Below, in pieces: positions 19,871-29,503 of a DNA stretch of 64,000 nucleotides. The notes below the pieces were generated by a model, which ran no database searches, had not been told where the DNA came from, and was given only the letters and a program-made list of their open reading frames with translations. Position numbers and translations under genes: made by a program. Within the stretch, counting starts at the first letter, position 1. Each line of letters starts with the position of its first letter. The stretch spans positions 1 through 64,000 of the IMG/VR virus record IMGVR_UViG_3300006033_000016; one strand, given 5' to 3'. The stretch comes from a virus.

Positions 19871-21571
19871 TCACTTCATCTTCATTTCAAATACAGAGTT
19901 TCCTCTGATAAACCCTAGCTTGGGCCCACGCTTCACAAGAAGCATGTCTCCGCCTAGCATACTGTCTTCTATCACCTTTACGGAAGTGGACCCCTTCTTC
20001 GAGGAGAACAACTCAAGGTTTTCGTCCTCCGTAAGGGATACGCAAACGCCAGAGTCCATGGTCACAAAGTTCAGCTCGGTAGGAGTCACGTTCTCTACTT
20101 CTCTTACGTCATATGACGTAAAGTCATCCGTAAACCTGAAAATAAAGCGAGAATAGACTCCCTTTTTCGAACCTAGGACCATTAGTACACCGCGGTCGAA
20201 TTTTGCCGACAAAAACTTAACCGAGTCCAGCTCAGGAATACGCACCTGATAGGCAGCCTTAGACCGAGGAAACAAGGAAACAAAGCAAGAACCTAGCATA
20301 TTTTGATACACACCGCCCTGAAACAGCTTGCTCGCATTTTCTAGGACAGAGGCGAGAGAGTGGGCGGAGGCCAACACCTTGTTGGTGCCGTCCATATTCT
20401 GAGCACAGTGCAGAAGAATTTCGTATACCTTCCCGCGGTTCTTCACGTACAGCCTGTTGTCGTAGGAGGACAAATCTTCTGCGTGCATAGCAAGAGGTAC
20501 GTTCTTTCCTTCGGCCCACAGAGATACGTCCAACCCCTGAGTGAAGGCGAACACAGGAACATCGCCCGTTAGTGTAGTTCCTACGTGAACGTTGCTATCA
20601 GAAGAGAAAAGACTAGTTCCCGTCCCTGTGACTACAGATCCTCCACAGTGAAAGAACTCTTTCGAGCTGTTGACGTAGTGGTACGATCGAATGGTGGAAG
20701 CTAGCTTACTCACCTCCGAAATATCCAAGTTACCCGAAGAAACTACCGTCCGCAGAATCGAAGCAAGAACTGCGGTAGCCTGCATCGAATCTGGAGGGGG
20801 AAGACGCTTACCGTCCTGAAACACAGCGCGAAACCAAGAACGATATACGTCAGGAATGACGTCCAACGAGTAGCATACTTTCGGAATAGACACAGAAGAA
20901 TCAAACACACTCACGTGGTGCTTCATTCTGTCCTCTAGAGACTTGAACTTGCTGCTCTTTCCTTTGTAGGGATGTATGCCCACAAACAACTGAAAGGCCA
21001 GAATGCCAAAGCTGTACCAGTCGCTGAGAGGTGTGAAGTCTAGGTTCGCAGTCAGTGGGTCTCGCACTGACGGCATGATTGCAGTAGCCTTGAAGTGCGG
21101 AGTCTGGTAGCTGTCTACGTCGATCCAAAAGGACTCGGAAAAGTCCTTAGACACCAAAACGTTCAGCTCATTGAGGTCTACAACTAACACTCCAGCTTTG
21201 TGAATGTCTGCAACGGTATCTCTCATGTTTTGCACAAGAGAAGCTACCTTGGAGTGACTCAGGCCTTCGCGCTCCTTAAAAGACTTTGGAAACAGCTGAC
21301 ATAGGGACAGCGTGTCTCTAACAAAGCGCATGGTATAGCCAATATGTTTTCCCCCGCCATTACAAAGGATTTCCTTGGGCCTTATTACGTTTGGATTAGT
21401 AATGGAGGCAAGCTCTGCAAACTTGCTTGCCGGGATCATCTTGGCTGGGTCGTTGTAGATCTTGAAGGCAATATCCTTCTTCACGTAAACGGACCCCTCT
21501 CCGCCCGACGCTAAGAAATCAGAATTACCTAGGGAAACTTCTGTGTTGCTACCCTTGATGGTAACCTTCAT
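19871..21571 (-). CDS. Ser/Thr protein kinase (TerY-P triad type)
   Basis: SGGEGSVY, AFKIY, VVDLNELNVL, WIDVDSYQ, SDWYSFG, GIHPYKG. Confidence 0.85.
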   Translation of the reverse strand: MKVTIKGSNTEVSLGNSDFLASGGEGSVYVKKDIAFKIYNDPAKMIPASKFAELASITNPNVIRPKEILCNGGGKHIGYTMRFVRDTLSLCQLFPKSFKEREGLSHSKVASLVQNMRDTVADIHKAGVLVVDLNELNVLVSKDFSESFWIDVDSYQTPHFKATAIMPSVRDPLTANLDFTPLSDWYSFGILAFQLFVGIHPYKGKSSKFKSLEDRMKHHVSVFDSSVSIPKVCYSLDVIPDVYRSWFRAVFQDGKRLPPPDSMQATAVLASILRTVVSSGNLDISEVSKLASTIRSYHYVNSSKEFFHCGGSVVTGTGTSLFSSDSNVHVGTTLTGDVPVFAFTQGLDVSLWAEGKNVPLAMHAEDLSSYDNRLYVKNRGKVYEILLHCAQNMDGTNKVLASAHSLASVLENASKLFQGGVYQNMLGSCFVSLFPRSKAAYQVRIPELDSVKFLSAKFDRGVLMVLGSKKGVYSRFIFRFTDDFTSYDVREVENVTPTELNFVTMDSGVCVSLTEDENLELFSSKKGSTSVKVIEDSMLGGDMLLVKRGPKLGFIRGNSVFEMKMK

Positions 21572-21846
21572 ACGAACCTATCCCATCCCCACACAAAACA
21601 AGTAATGGCATCGATGACAGTTTGTCCAGCCAAGTCAGATGCGTCTCTCAACAAGGGCTCCTCAGTAATCCGTTCCTCCCATTCGGAGACGCTCAGGTTC
21701 TCTTCCTTTCGAGAGAGAACAGCATCCTGAAACAGGAGGTAATGGGCTTCTTGCTTTGTCATGACGTACGACCTAGGCCCATGAGAAAAGTAAGAAGGGA
21801 GAAGAGAACGACACTTATCCACCCACAAAGAAAAGAGTGTAGGCAT
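21568..21846 (-). CDS. Hypothetical protein
   Basis: 92 aa ORF, GGAGG RBS, ATGA overlap with the kinase. Confidence 0.55.
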   Translation of the reverse strand: MPTLFSLWVDKCRSLLPSYFSHGPRSYVMTKQEAHYLLFQDAVLSRKEENLSVSEWEERITEEPLLRDASDLAGQTVIDAITCFVWGWDRFV

Positions 21847-22108
21847 GAAACCTCCAGATGCAGTATCATTTTCTTGCTTGCTTTCTCACTCTCTTCTGCT
21901 CCAAGAACTCTTTCGGAACAGAAGAAATATCAGGTACCTTTTTGCCATACAACTTAGCAAAAAATACCACAAGAGAATACGCAATGAGTTGACGTATCCG
22001 CAGGGCGTCCGAAGACGAAAACAAAAAATCCTGAGACTCAGAAGTGTTGTGCTTGCTTCGAATTCGAGTCAGCTTTTTGTAACTGGAAAGATGCTGAGAC
22101 ATGGTCTT

Positions 22109-22123
22109 ATTATGTCCAGGGTT
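22109..22123 (-). promoter_or_regulatory. Repeated motif AACCCTGGACATAAT
   Basis: Copy 4 of 7; 6 nt upstream of ATG 22102, so possibly leaderless. Confidence 0.6.
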
Positions 22124-22127
22124 CGGC

Positions 22128-22694
22128 TCAGAAGCGTTTGATAAGACGTAGCCTTCTGTTCATAGGCTGCTTCCACCCCTCAGCAGGTGGCGGTCTAACC
22201 ATTGTGTGAGGATCCAAGGGCCGGAAGGCGTCTCTCCATATACGAACAAGGCCAGAATCGTTAATGGTGGAAATCTTCCCCCATGCGTTGGCTGTAGCCT
22301 TCTGCACAATGCGACAGTTGAACCCTTGTCGAAGAACTCCTCCTACCGTAAGGAGAACACAGGCGTCGCTATTGATTCCGCAAAAGGTGAGATTAGGGTA
22401 ACTTGAGGGCGAGTCCAGATCTATGCCCTCTTCTTCTTCCAAGTAGGAAAGAATCTCGTCAGACCCATCGTCGTCTTTCTTTTTGACCACAGTGAACTGA
22501 CCTCTGGCAGCGTCCTGTAGAGCGGAAATAGTCTTACCGTAGCCTACATATTCCACAAATACTACAGGAATGTCCCTGTCGTTGGCTTTTCGCACCACAG
22601 AGGCGACAGACCCTACAAAAGACCACTTCGATTCAAGGCAAGAAACTTCACGAAGAAACTCATCCTGCATATCGATGACGAAGAGCATCCTCAC
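22128..22694 (-). CDS. Isochorismatase/cysteine hydrolase family protein
   Basis: FVIDMQDEF, conserved K, CGINSDACV triad. Confidence 0.8.
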   Translation of the reverse strand: MRMLFVIDMQDEFLREVSCLESKWSFVGSVASVVRKANDRDIPVVFVEYVGYGKTISALQDAARGQFTVVKKKDDDGSDEILSYLEEEEGIDLDSPSSYPNLTFCGINSDACVLLTVGGVLRQGFNCRIVQKATANAWGKISTINDSGLVRIWRDAFRPLDPHTMVRPPPAEGWKQPMNRRLRLIKRF

Positions 22695-23533
22695 CCCATG
22701 TGAATAGCAGCCATGGAAAAGTCGTCAGTGTGAGAATATCCTAGTTCTTTCAGCTTGGAGATCGCCTTTTTGGCTCGGCGCACTACAAACTCTCCTGCAT
22801 GACCCTTAAAGGACAGAAACTCACCTACTAAATCGGCCAGGCCAAGTTCTGTTTGCGCGTCTTTTTCTGCACAGTTGAAAGACTCAATGCCGTCAGAGAA
22901 AAGTGCCATTACGTCGTACTCGTCTGACGGAAAGAAACAGGTAAAGGGAATGGACCACTCCTTCGAAGAAAGATCAAAGAAGGGGAGAGGAGAGGGGGCC
23001 TCTGCCAGTCCTTCTCGATAATGGTGAAGAAGCGCAGGTTGGCCCTGTGTATGCTTGACATATCCCTTAAGCCTCTCCAAGTCCAACAGGTAGCTTACAT
23101 AGGCAGGGTAGCCGTGGGGAAATTCAATGGCGTACAGAGTGATTTTGTGGCTGTGCCTATGACGTGCTGCCACCACGCCATCCCCAAACACCAACGCCCA
23201 CACGCCCTCCTTTTCTCCGCTCGTTCCTTCCACTGCCATGAGCAGGGTAGCATCCAGACATTCAAACTCGATGTTACAAGAGGAGGCCATCTGGCTGGCA
23301 AAGGCCGAGGCCGTTATGTGAAGACTGCCAGAAGGAAAGGAGTTGTTGAACTGATTGAGTGCCCAATACGCAGCTCTAGTCAGAAATCTAGAACCAAAGT
23401 CGGTATTGGGGCTTCCTGAGCATCCGTCCGACAAAATAGCAAAAGACTTACCCCATCGAGTCCTGCCCGACATGGCATAATCTTGACATACTCTATGAGT
23501 AGACCCGATGGTGAAAAAACTATCGCTGTGCAT
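22691..23533 (-). CDS. PP2C-type protein phosphatase
   Basis: HRVCQD, LSDGCSG, DATL, GDG, FSDG, TDDFS; start set at MHSDSFF. Confidence 0.85.
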   Translation of the reverse strand: MHSDSFFTIGSTHRVCQDYAMSGRTRWGKSFAILSDGCSGSPNTDFGSRFLTRAAYWALNQFNNSFPSGSLHITASAFASQMASSCNIEFECLDATLLMAVEGTSGEKEGVWALVFGDGVVAARHRHSHKITLYAIEFPHGYPAYVSYLLDLERLKGYVKHTQGQPALLHHYREGLAEAPSPLPFFDLSSKEWSIPFTCFFPSDEYDVMALFSDGIESFNCAEKDAQTELGLADLVGEFLSFKGHAGEFVVRRAKKAISKLKELGYSHTDDFSMAAIHMG

Positions 23534-23600
23534 AAGGACCTCAACAGGAAGGAAAAAGAAAAGGGGCACCGAAGCACCCCTTTCCCTAAGACTCAAAATG

Positions 23601-24239
23601 TCACTTGGACTTCTTGGAGAGTGCCTTGGTTAGGGCATGGTTCAGCTTCCGCTTCTCCTCGGAATTCACCTTGGTGACCTTCTTAGGAGCAGTCTTCTTA
23701 GAGGCAACCTTCTTAGAAGGGGTCTTCTCAGGAGTGGCCTTCTTGGCTGCCTTCTTTGCCTCCTTCAGCTTAAGAATGACAAGAGCATGATCATGCTCGT
23801 AATTGCCATTAGGCTTGTTCGGAGTCTTTTTGCTGCGAAGAAGCGAAGAGACCAAGTCTGCCATGTGGGCCGAAGCGATGCGAGCAGCCAGGGGGTTCTT
23901 CTTCTGCTCCTCTGGAGAGGACAGGGTACTGAGTGCCACCTGGAGAGGGTGCTGTTCGTCTTGATTGAACTTCACGACACGACGAGATCGCTCACAGCCT
24001 AGACGTCCGAGAGCAATGGAAGACCCTGTCTTGCGAGAGAAAGTGTCCCCTGTCCTGCCCCACACCACCTGACCTGTGCGATCAAGGGCGTGCTTACGAG
24101 GCGGGGAATTGATTGCAACGGCAAAAGTAAGAGTATCCCCGTCGATTTTGGTCACAAGGGTCATGACTTGATCGGGGTTCTTGCGACTACGAATGTAGCG
24201 AGTCTTGATGCTGTTGTTATCTGTCTGAATGCTGGTCAT
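23601..24239 (-). CDS. Phage protein with Lys/Ala-rich histone-like tail
   Basis: DTFSRKTGSSIALGR motif; KKAAKKATPEKTPSKKVASKKTAPKK tail; start set at MTSIQ. Confidence 0.6.
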   Translation of the reverse strand: MTSIQTDNNSIKTRYIRSRKNPDQVMTLVTKIDGDTLTFAVAINSPPRKHALDRTGQVVWGRTGDTFSRKTGSSIALGRLGCERSRRVVKFNQDEQHPLQVALSTLSSPEEQKKNPLAARIASAHMADLVSSLLRSKKTPNKPNGNYEHDHALVILKLKEAKKAAKKATPEKTPSKKVASKKTAPKKVTKVNSEEKRKLNHALTKALSKKSK

Positions 24240-24267
24240 GTTCTCTTCTGTTTCTCTCTTAGGTTGT

Positions 24268-24753
24268 TCACTTTTTACGAAGAAGCTGTATGTCTTCCCA
24301 CCCATGACGGTGGCCTTCTGCTTCAGTAAGCAAAAGAGCAAGTCCTGTTCCAGGGTCATACCCGTGGGATATCTTAGCCACTCTAAAGGAGCGAGAAGGC
24401 TCCGTAGCAAGAATGACCAAGTCGTTTACTTCTAGGTCAACAGGTACTTCTTCCCTGTTGCAACTCTTTAGATCTGATATGGTGGCCAGACCCTTAGCCC
24501 ACAGGGCTCCTTGTACGAAGCCCAGCCAACGAAGTGCCTTATCCTTATGACCCTCCTCTACTAGAGAAGGTAGGGCCAACACCATCCATCTCAAGTGGCT
24601 GACCAGGTCTTCATCACTGTTTACAGTGTGGTGCTCGTTGTGACGAACTGGTGTAAGTTCCCGCCCTGTTGAGAACAGATCCTCCGTACGCAACAGAGCA
24701 CGGAGGATACGTGCGGAGGTCCACACAGAGGGGCGCTTATCACGTGCAGCCAC
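24268..24753 (-). CDS. Conserved phage hypothetical protein
   Basis: KALRWLGFVQG motif. Confidence 0.55.
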   Translation of the reverse strand: MAARDKRPSVWTSARILRALLRTEDLFSTGRELTPVRHNEHHTVNSDEDLVSHLRWMVLALPSLVEEGHKDKALRWLGFVQGALWAKGLATISDLKSCNREEVPVDLEVNDLVILATEPSRSFRVAKISHGYDPGTGLALLLTEAEGHRHGWEDIQLLRKK

Positions 24754-24766
24754 TGGTACGAGTCTC

Positions 24767-25174
24767 TCACTTCTTTGTGCGGCTCAAGGAGCGACGAGTG
24801 TTAGATTTCTTCTCTTCCGCCACTGTCTTAGTTGCGTAACCTGTGTCCTCTGCAGTAGGGAATTCTTTACCTGTCACGATAAAGTGGTGAAGTACACGAA
24901 TCTGAAGGGTGGCAGGCTCAGCTTTCACGGCAGAAAAGGCTGCGGTAAGAACGAGGAAGGGCAAAATGCCCTCACTAGCGTCACATTGAGCGACCACCGC
25001 CATGTCACCATAAGGAAGACTCTCTACAGCCGCAATGACTTCATTAGCGTCTTGAAATGGTCCAATAAACTCATCCGTCACACGAACGATGGGGTGACCT
25101 GAAGCATCACTCCCAGGAGCCTGCTCCTCAAACAAATCTGTAGGAAAAGCAACCCAAAATCTATCTTCCGACAT
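24767..25174 (-). CDS. Hypothetical protein
   Basis: 135 aa ORF, GGAGG RBS. Confidence 0.6.
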   Translation of the reverse strand: MSEDRFWVAFPTDLFEEQAPGSDASGHPIVRVTDEFIGPFQDANEVIAAVESLPYGDMAVVAQCDASEGILPFLVLTAAFSAVKAEPATLQIRVLHHFIVTGKEFPTAEDTGYATKTVAEEKKSNTRRSLSRTKK

Positions 25175-25780
25175 TCAGCCTCCAACCATAGAAAAAGGAG
25201 AAACCTGTTCAACGAAAACGTTATCCCAGAACCCTACCTTTGAGTTCCAATATCTATTGAGATGCTTACGATGGTGGGTAAACCAGGCCACGAATTCTTC
25301 AGCTCGATACTGAACGAATGAGCGCAGAATAACCACGTCTTCGTTATACACAGAAGACCACACCTGGTCAAAATCGATCTCTTCAGGTGTTTCGTGGTTC
25401 TCTGCCGTCCACAGCCAACCCAAAGCATTACGCACCACAAAGTGCCTATAGTCGTCTTCAGATTCGTTTCTGAATGAGAGGTTCGCGCCGCAAGAGGAGC
25501 AGAACATAGCCTCTGGAGGCATTCTTACACAACAGGAGTGCTTGCCTCCAAACCTCCTTTCGGAGAATTCCAAAAGTACTGATGCAAGCGAATCAAAAGC
25601 CTCGTTCCACGCCTCTACTTTGGTGGGTCGAAGTTCTGTAGTCTCACCTTGATACACAAACGTGAGGGAGCTTAAGAAGGTAGACTCTGCATACCCCACA
25701 GAGAGACAGAAGGAGTTGTAGTCCGACGCTCTGTAGCCTATTTCATCCGGTGCATGGTCTGAATTCATACTGTACTCCAC
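25175..25780 (-). CDS. Hypothetical protein with zinc ribbon
   Basis: AMFCSSCGANL. Confidence 0.55.
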   Translation of the reverse strand: MEYSMNSDHAPDEIGYRASDYNSFCLSVGYAESTFLSSLTFVYQGETTELRPTKVEAWNEAFDSLASVLLEFSERRFGGKHSCCVRMPPEAMFCSSCGANLSFRNESEDDYRHFVVRNALGWLWTAENHETPEEIDFDQVWSSVYNEDVVILRSFVQYRAEEFVAWFTHHRKHLNRYWNSKVGFWDNVFVEQVSPFSMVGG

Positions 25781-25804
25781 AGATTATTATTGGGGCTGAG
25801 GGCT

Positions 25805-26554
25805 TCAGAAAGAGAGTGATTGAGACGGACCGCCCGTACCTAGCGCCTGACTTTGCGCCGAGACGCTCTTCGAGACGAAAGCCGCGAGCTTGGCCAGGCT
25901 CTTAGCGTCTGCCTTGTCCAACTCCACGTACTGAGTGAATCCAGCGTCCTTGTTGAAAGACTGGAGGTACTGACTGACGCTCTTGTCCTGAATGTTGACG
26001 CCAATAAGAACGGTCACCATGGACTCCAAAGCTTCTGCTCGAACAGCGTCCTTAATTGCAGAGGCAACCGAGGAAGGGGTGAAAGTGGACCTGTTGTCCA
26101 TTCCATCTGTGATGACGAACAGAATCCCGTTTACAGAGAAGTCGTTCTCGGACAGATCTTTTCCGTACTGAGTGATGGACTGAGCCAAGTTGCACGAAGC
26201 ATCGTAGAGAGCGGTCATACCCGAAGGACGAACAGCACCTGTGTAGTCATCCACATTGCACTCTGTAAGAGGCTTGAACCCGTGAATCTCCGATAGATTC
26301 GAATTGAACTCGACCAGACGCAACATAAGATTGTCGGCACGAGGCGACAGGCGACAAGCCTTTACAATCTCTTGGATGCACTTGTTGATCTCTGATTCGA
26401 AGTCGACCACCGAGGAGGACGAGTCCACGGCGATACCTACCAGTGTGTACTCGGCAGCGCCAAGGTCGTCGATTCTCTTCGCAGAGAATCCGTAGGTGGA
26501 ACCCTTGATCGAATGATTCTCAAGACTATCGTCGTTGTCAGAAAGAATGGGCAT
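25805..26554 (-). CDS. vWA domain protein (TerY-like)
   Basis: MIDAS DSSSSV, GMTALYDA, ITDGMDN; C-terminal FVSKSVSAQSQ. Confidence 0.85.
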   Translation of the reverse strand: MPILSDNDDSLENHSIKGSTYGFSAKRIDDLGAAEYTLVGIAVDSSSSVVDFESEINKCIQEIVKACRLSPRADNLMLRLVEFNSNLSEIHGFKPLTECNVDDYTGAVRPSGMTALYDASCNLAQSITQYGKDLSENDFSVNGILFVITDGMDNRSTFTPSSVASAIKDAVRAEALESMVTVLIGVNIQDKSVSQYLQSFNKDAGFTQYVELDKADAKSLAKLAAFVSKSVSAQSQALGTGGPSQSLSF

Positions 26555-26575
26555 GGTAAGACTCCTTTACACTTT

Positions 26576-27160
26576 TCAGCGAAGGCCAATGGCGTCGCGC
26601 AACGTTTTGATCACAGTACCAGAAAGCTGTTCATCTACAGCGGCTCGAATAGTAGCTTTGATTTTTGTACTCTCTTCTTCCAGTACCTTAGTGATCTTTT
26701 CCCTGAAGGCATCCTTAGCTATTGTAGAGATTTTCGGGTCATCGTAGGAGGAAGACTTCTTAGTGAGACCCTCCAGCGCAACAGCAACCGCCTTAGACCA
26801 AGGCGTGAAGCGCATCTCTCCGTATCGGTCGAACTCGGGCAAACCCTTCTCAGCAATCTCTTCCAGACGAGACTTTACCATATCACGTAACTGAGACTTG
26901 AGGCTCTCGTTCAAAACCTCCGCCAGCCTTTTGTCCAACATAGTGGACACGCGGTTTCGCAGGGTCTGCTCAAACGTACCTCCAGGAGATACCTTGATGT
27001 CGGTATCAACCCAGTCTCCGTCAGGATCGTAGTATCCACTACTTCGTTCTACCTTACCTTCCGCAAGGGACCTGACCAAAACACATACTACTTGGTCCAG
27101 GATCTCCTCTCGGTTCAAGGAGATATCTACGCTGAACTTCTCTGACTTGTTGTCTTCCAT
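26576..27160 (-). CDS. Hypothetical helical protein
   Basis: 194 aa ORF. Confidence 0.65.
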   Translation of the reverse strand: MEDNKSEKFSVDISLNREEILDQVVCVLVRSLAEGKVERSSGYYDPDGDWVDTDIKVSPGGTFEQTLRNRVSTMLDKRLAEVLNESLKSQLRDMVKSRLEEIAEKGLPEFDRYGEMRFTPWSKAVAVALEGLTKKSSSYDDPKISTIAKDAFREKITKVLEEESTKIKATIRAAVDEQLSGTVIKTLRDAIGLR

Positions 27161-27167
27161 TTTCTTC

Positions 27168-27803
27168 TCACTTCCACGACTGCCAGGGACCTACTTCCCT
27201 GTGGTCTCCTTCAAACAGTTGCACAGTAACTCGATGAAAGTTTAGGTTGATCACGAACTTATTCCGTAGTTCGGAATATCCTACTTCCCTGTCTATGAAA
27301 TCAATGAGATGCTCTTCCAAGAAAGATACAGAAAAAGGACGCTTGGAGTACTTAAGCTCATCTAGCCTGTCCATGTAGGCAGAGGGAAGGACCAACGTCT
27401 GGTTGTCAACTTGAACATTTTCAATGTTGGCAGTAAGACCCTGACCTGTTCCTTGAACTGAGGTATCCTCAAAGAAGACCCAATGCAGGATTCCAGAGGG
27501 AACCTTGATTCCTAGGGCGGGAGCGCCAAAAGCTCCTCCAAACACAGGATCCCACATGGAACAGGAGGAAAGACGATTGTCTACAGGGTCTAAAATCAGC
27601 AGTTTAGAATGCTCGATTCTAACATTCTTTATCTCAAAATTGAACAGGAAGTCCCCGTCGGGGATCCATGCTTCGCAATCCGTCCCAACGTCCTCATCCA
27701 AGTCAAATACTCTAGTCACCAATCTTCCTCGTACTTGGGAGCACGTAGGGAAAACTGGTGCTTCTTCGTAAGATGAAGCGGGAGGAGTAATTTTACGGAT
27801 CAT
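27168..27803 (-). CDS. Hypothetical protein
   Basis: 211 aa ORF. Confidence 0.6.
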   Translation of the reverse strand: MIRKITPPASSYEEAPVFPTCSQVRGRLVTRVFDLDEDVGTDCEAWIPDGDFLFNFEIKNVRIEHSKLLILDPVDNRLSSCSMWDPVFGGAFGAPALGIKVPSGILHWVFFEDTSVQGTGQGLTANIENVQVDNQTLVLPSAYMDRLDELKYSKRPFSVSFLEEHLIDFIDREVGYSELRNKFVINLNFHRVTVQLFEGDHREVGPWQSWK

Positions 27804-27804
27804 G

Positions 27805-28161
27805 TCAGTCTCCTCTCCAGACTCCGTCAGGTCTCAGCTTAGCCATAGTGAGAAGTTGAATCAAAGATCTCTTCGCGTTCCCTTCTGTAGGCTCCCAGTA
27901 GTCTTCTGAGACCTCGTCCTTCAGGTTAGCAATTGCTTGTTCCAGTAGCGGAATGCTGTCCGCCCCAGACAGTCCGTAGAGAGACCGAATTCCAAGTTCT
28001 CCCATCACACGATAGAAATGCTTGGAATAGTTGTAGGTTATATTCAAGTGAAGTTCGTTAGTCCCTCCCATAGCATAGGTTCCCCCGTGCATATGGTGGG
28101 CGTGCTCCAACTTCAAAACAGACCTGCTTACAGGATCTACTAATTCAATGTCGTAGCTCAT
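27805..28161 (-). CDS. Conserved phage hypothetical protein
   Basis: MSYDI...NITYNYS...DYWEPTEGNA...PDGVWRGD. Confidence 0.65.
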   Translation of the reverse strand: MSYDIELVDPVSRSVLKLEHAHHMHGGTYAMGGTNELHLNITYNYSKHFYRVMGELGIRSLYGLSGADSIPLLEQAIANLKDEVSEDYWEPTEGNAKRSLIQLLTMAKLRPDGVWRGD

Positions 28162-28352
28162 AGCTCGTGATCCCCCTGCAGGAGTTCCTTAGTAGTCTGT
28201 TCTCTCTCATCGCCGTACTTGCGGATAGCAATGCTTAGAGTAAGCAGATCTCCTGTATTCAGCTTACGGAAGATCCTCAACGATTCGGCTGTTGATAGGC
28301 TATCCAACATGTCTGATATCTCTTCGATAGTGTCCTCTTTAGTAGTCATTGA

Positions 28353-28934
28353 TCAGGAATTCCTGCACTTTGAAGGTTCAGAGTAAAGAGTACACATAGC
28401 CACATGAAATCCTGCATCCAATGCCAACAATTCTTTGTTCAGATCGTCTGCAGTATCAGGACCTTCTAAGTAGAAGAAGTCGGTCTTGGTCACATACTCG
28501 AAGGGTATCTGTGCAAGAACCTCAGCTACACTAGGCTTAAACAAAGCATAATGTCCGTAGTGATGAAGAGTACGAAACCTTACCAACGGAACCAGGTTCG
28601 GAACTTCGTCTCCTTCGTCTTCTTCAGAAGCACCCCACAGATAAGATTCGTGAAAAGGGTGTGCTGACCTACTCATGGTCCGAAGACAGTCCCCGACGAG
28701 CTGAAGTGGGAAAATCCTATCTATGAGGCCCTTAAGATGTCCCCACCCCTCTTCGTAGGGGTCTTTTCCGTCTGGGCAAGGAACGAAATCAAGTGCCTCT
28801 TTCTTGAATGCGTCCAGTACAGCAGTATATCCGTCAGAAGACCTATAGGGGAGTTCCTTGTACCCCGCTAGGTTCGCTGCGGTGACGGCCCTGGAGTATG
28901 CCGTATCTTCGTGATAGGGGATGGATTTTGTCAT
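28353..28934 (-). CDS. Conserved hypothetical protein
   Basis: TLHHYGHYALFKPSVAEVLAQIP motif. Confidence 0.6.
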   Translation of the reverse strand: MTKSIPYHEDTAYSRAVTAANLAGYKELPYRSSDGYTAVLDAFKKEALDFVPCPDGKDPYEEGWGHLKGLIDRIFPLQLVGDCLRTMSRSAHPFHESYLWGASEEDEGDEVPNLVPLVRFRTLHHYGHYALFKPSVAEVLAQIPFEYVTKTDFFYLEGPDTADDLNKELLALDAGFHVAMCTLYSEPSKCRNS

Positions 28935-29488
28935 CGTACTAACTTACGAAAAGTAAGAGAAATTCTTCCGCCACAAGATTCAGAATGCTTAGGAATGCGG
29001 TGGAGGTGGTCAGCCTGAAATCCTCCAGGCATAATTACCAAGTCTCCAGGTTTCATAAGAATCTTCTGGTCTTCCGGTATCTCACCTTTTTGTGTACGAG
29101 GTTTCCACCAAAAGTACCTAGACGCCCCGAAAGCAATCACTGCAATCGGGTGGTCTAGGTCCTGTTCCGGAGAGTCGTCAGCGTGCCATCCTAGATGCTG
29201 GTGCTGATCCTTGTAGTAGTTCAACACGCAAACGTTGTACGAGCACTCGAAATCTTTATTGAGGTTTTCGGCTATCCTACGAACCTCTTCATGCATGGGA
29301 ACTGCCGTGTAGGTGTGTAGAGCCTTTCGGTGCTCGTTGGAGTTCCCATAACTGTACACCTGAGGAGCAGATTCGAGTGCCATAAAACATTCGTCTCTAG
29401 GAGACGACCTGTTTACCCATGGAACCTCCTGCTCCAAGATAGGAAAGATATCGCGAGACAAGTAGCTATCTTGAACAATGGGTCTCAT
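28931..29488 (-). CDS. alkB: AlkB-family 2OG-Fe(II) dioxygenase
   Basis: LNYY...GWHADD...HRIPK...RISLTFR. Confidence 0.88.
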   Translation of the reverse strand: MRPIVQDSYLSRDIFPILEQEVPWVNRSSPRDECFMALESAPQVYSYGNSNEHRKALHTYTAVPMHEEVRRIAENLNKDFECSYNVCVLNYYKDQHQHLGWHADDSPEQDLDHPIAVIAFGASRYFWWKPRTQKGEIPEDQKILMKPGDLVIMPGGFQADHLHRIPKHSESCGGRISLTFRKLVR

Positions 29489-29503
29489 GGGTCAACCTAA
29501 CCG

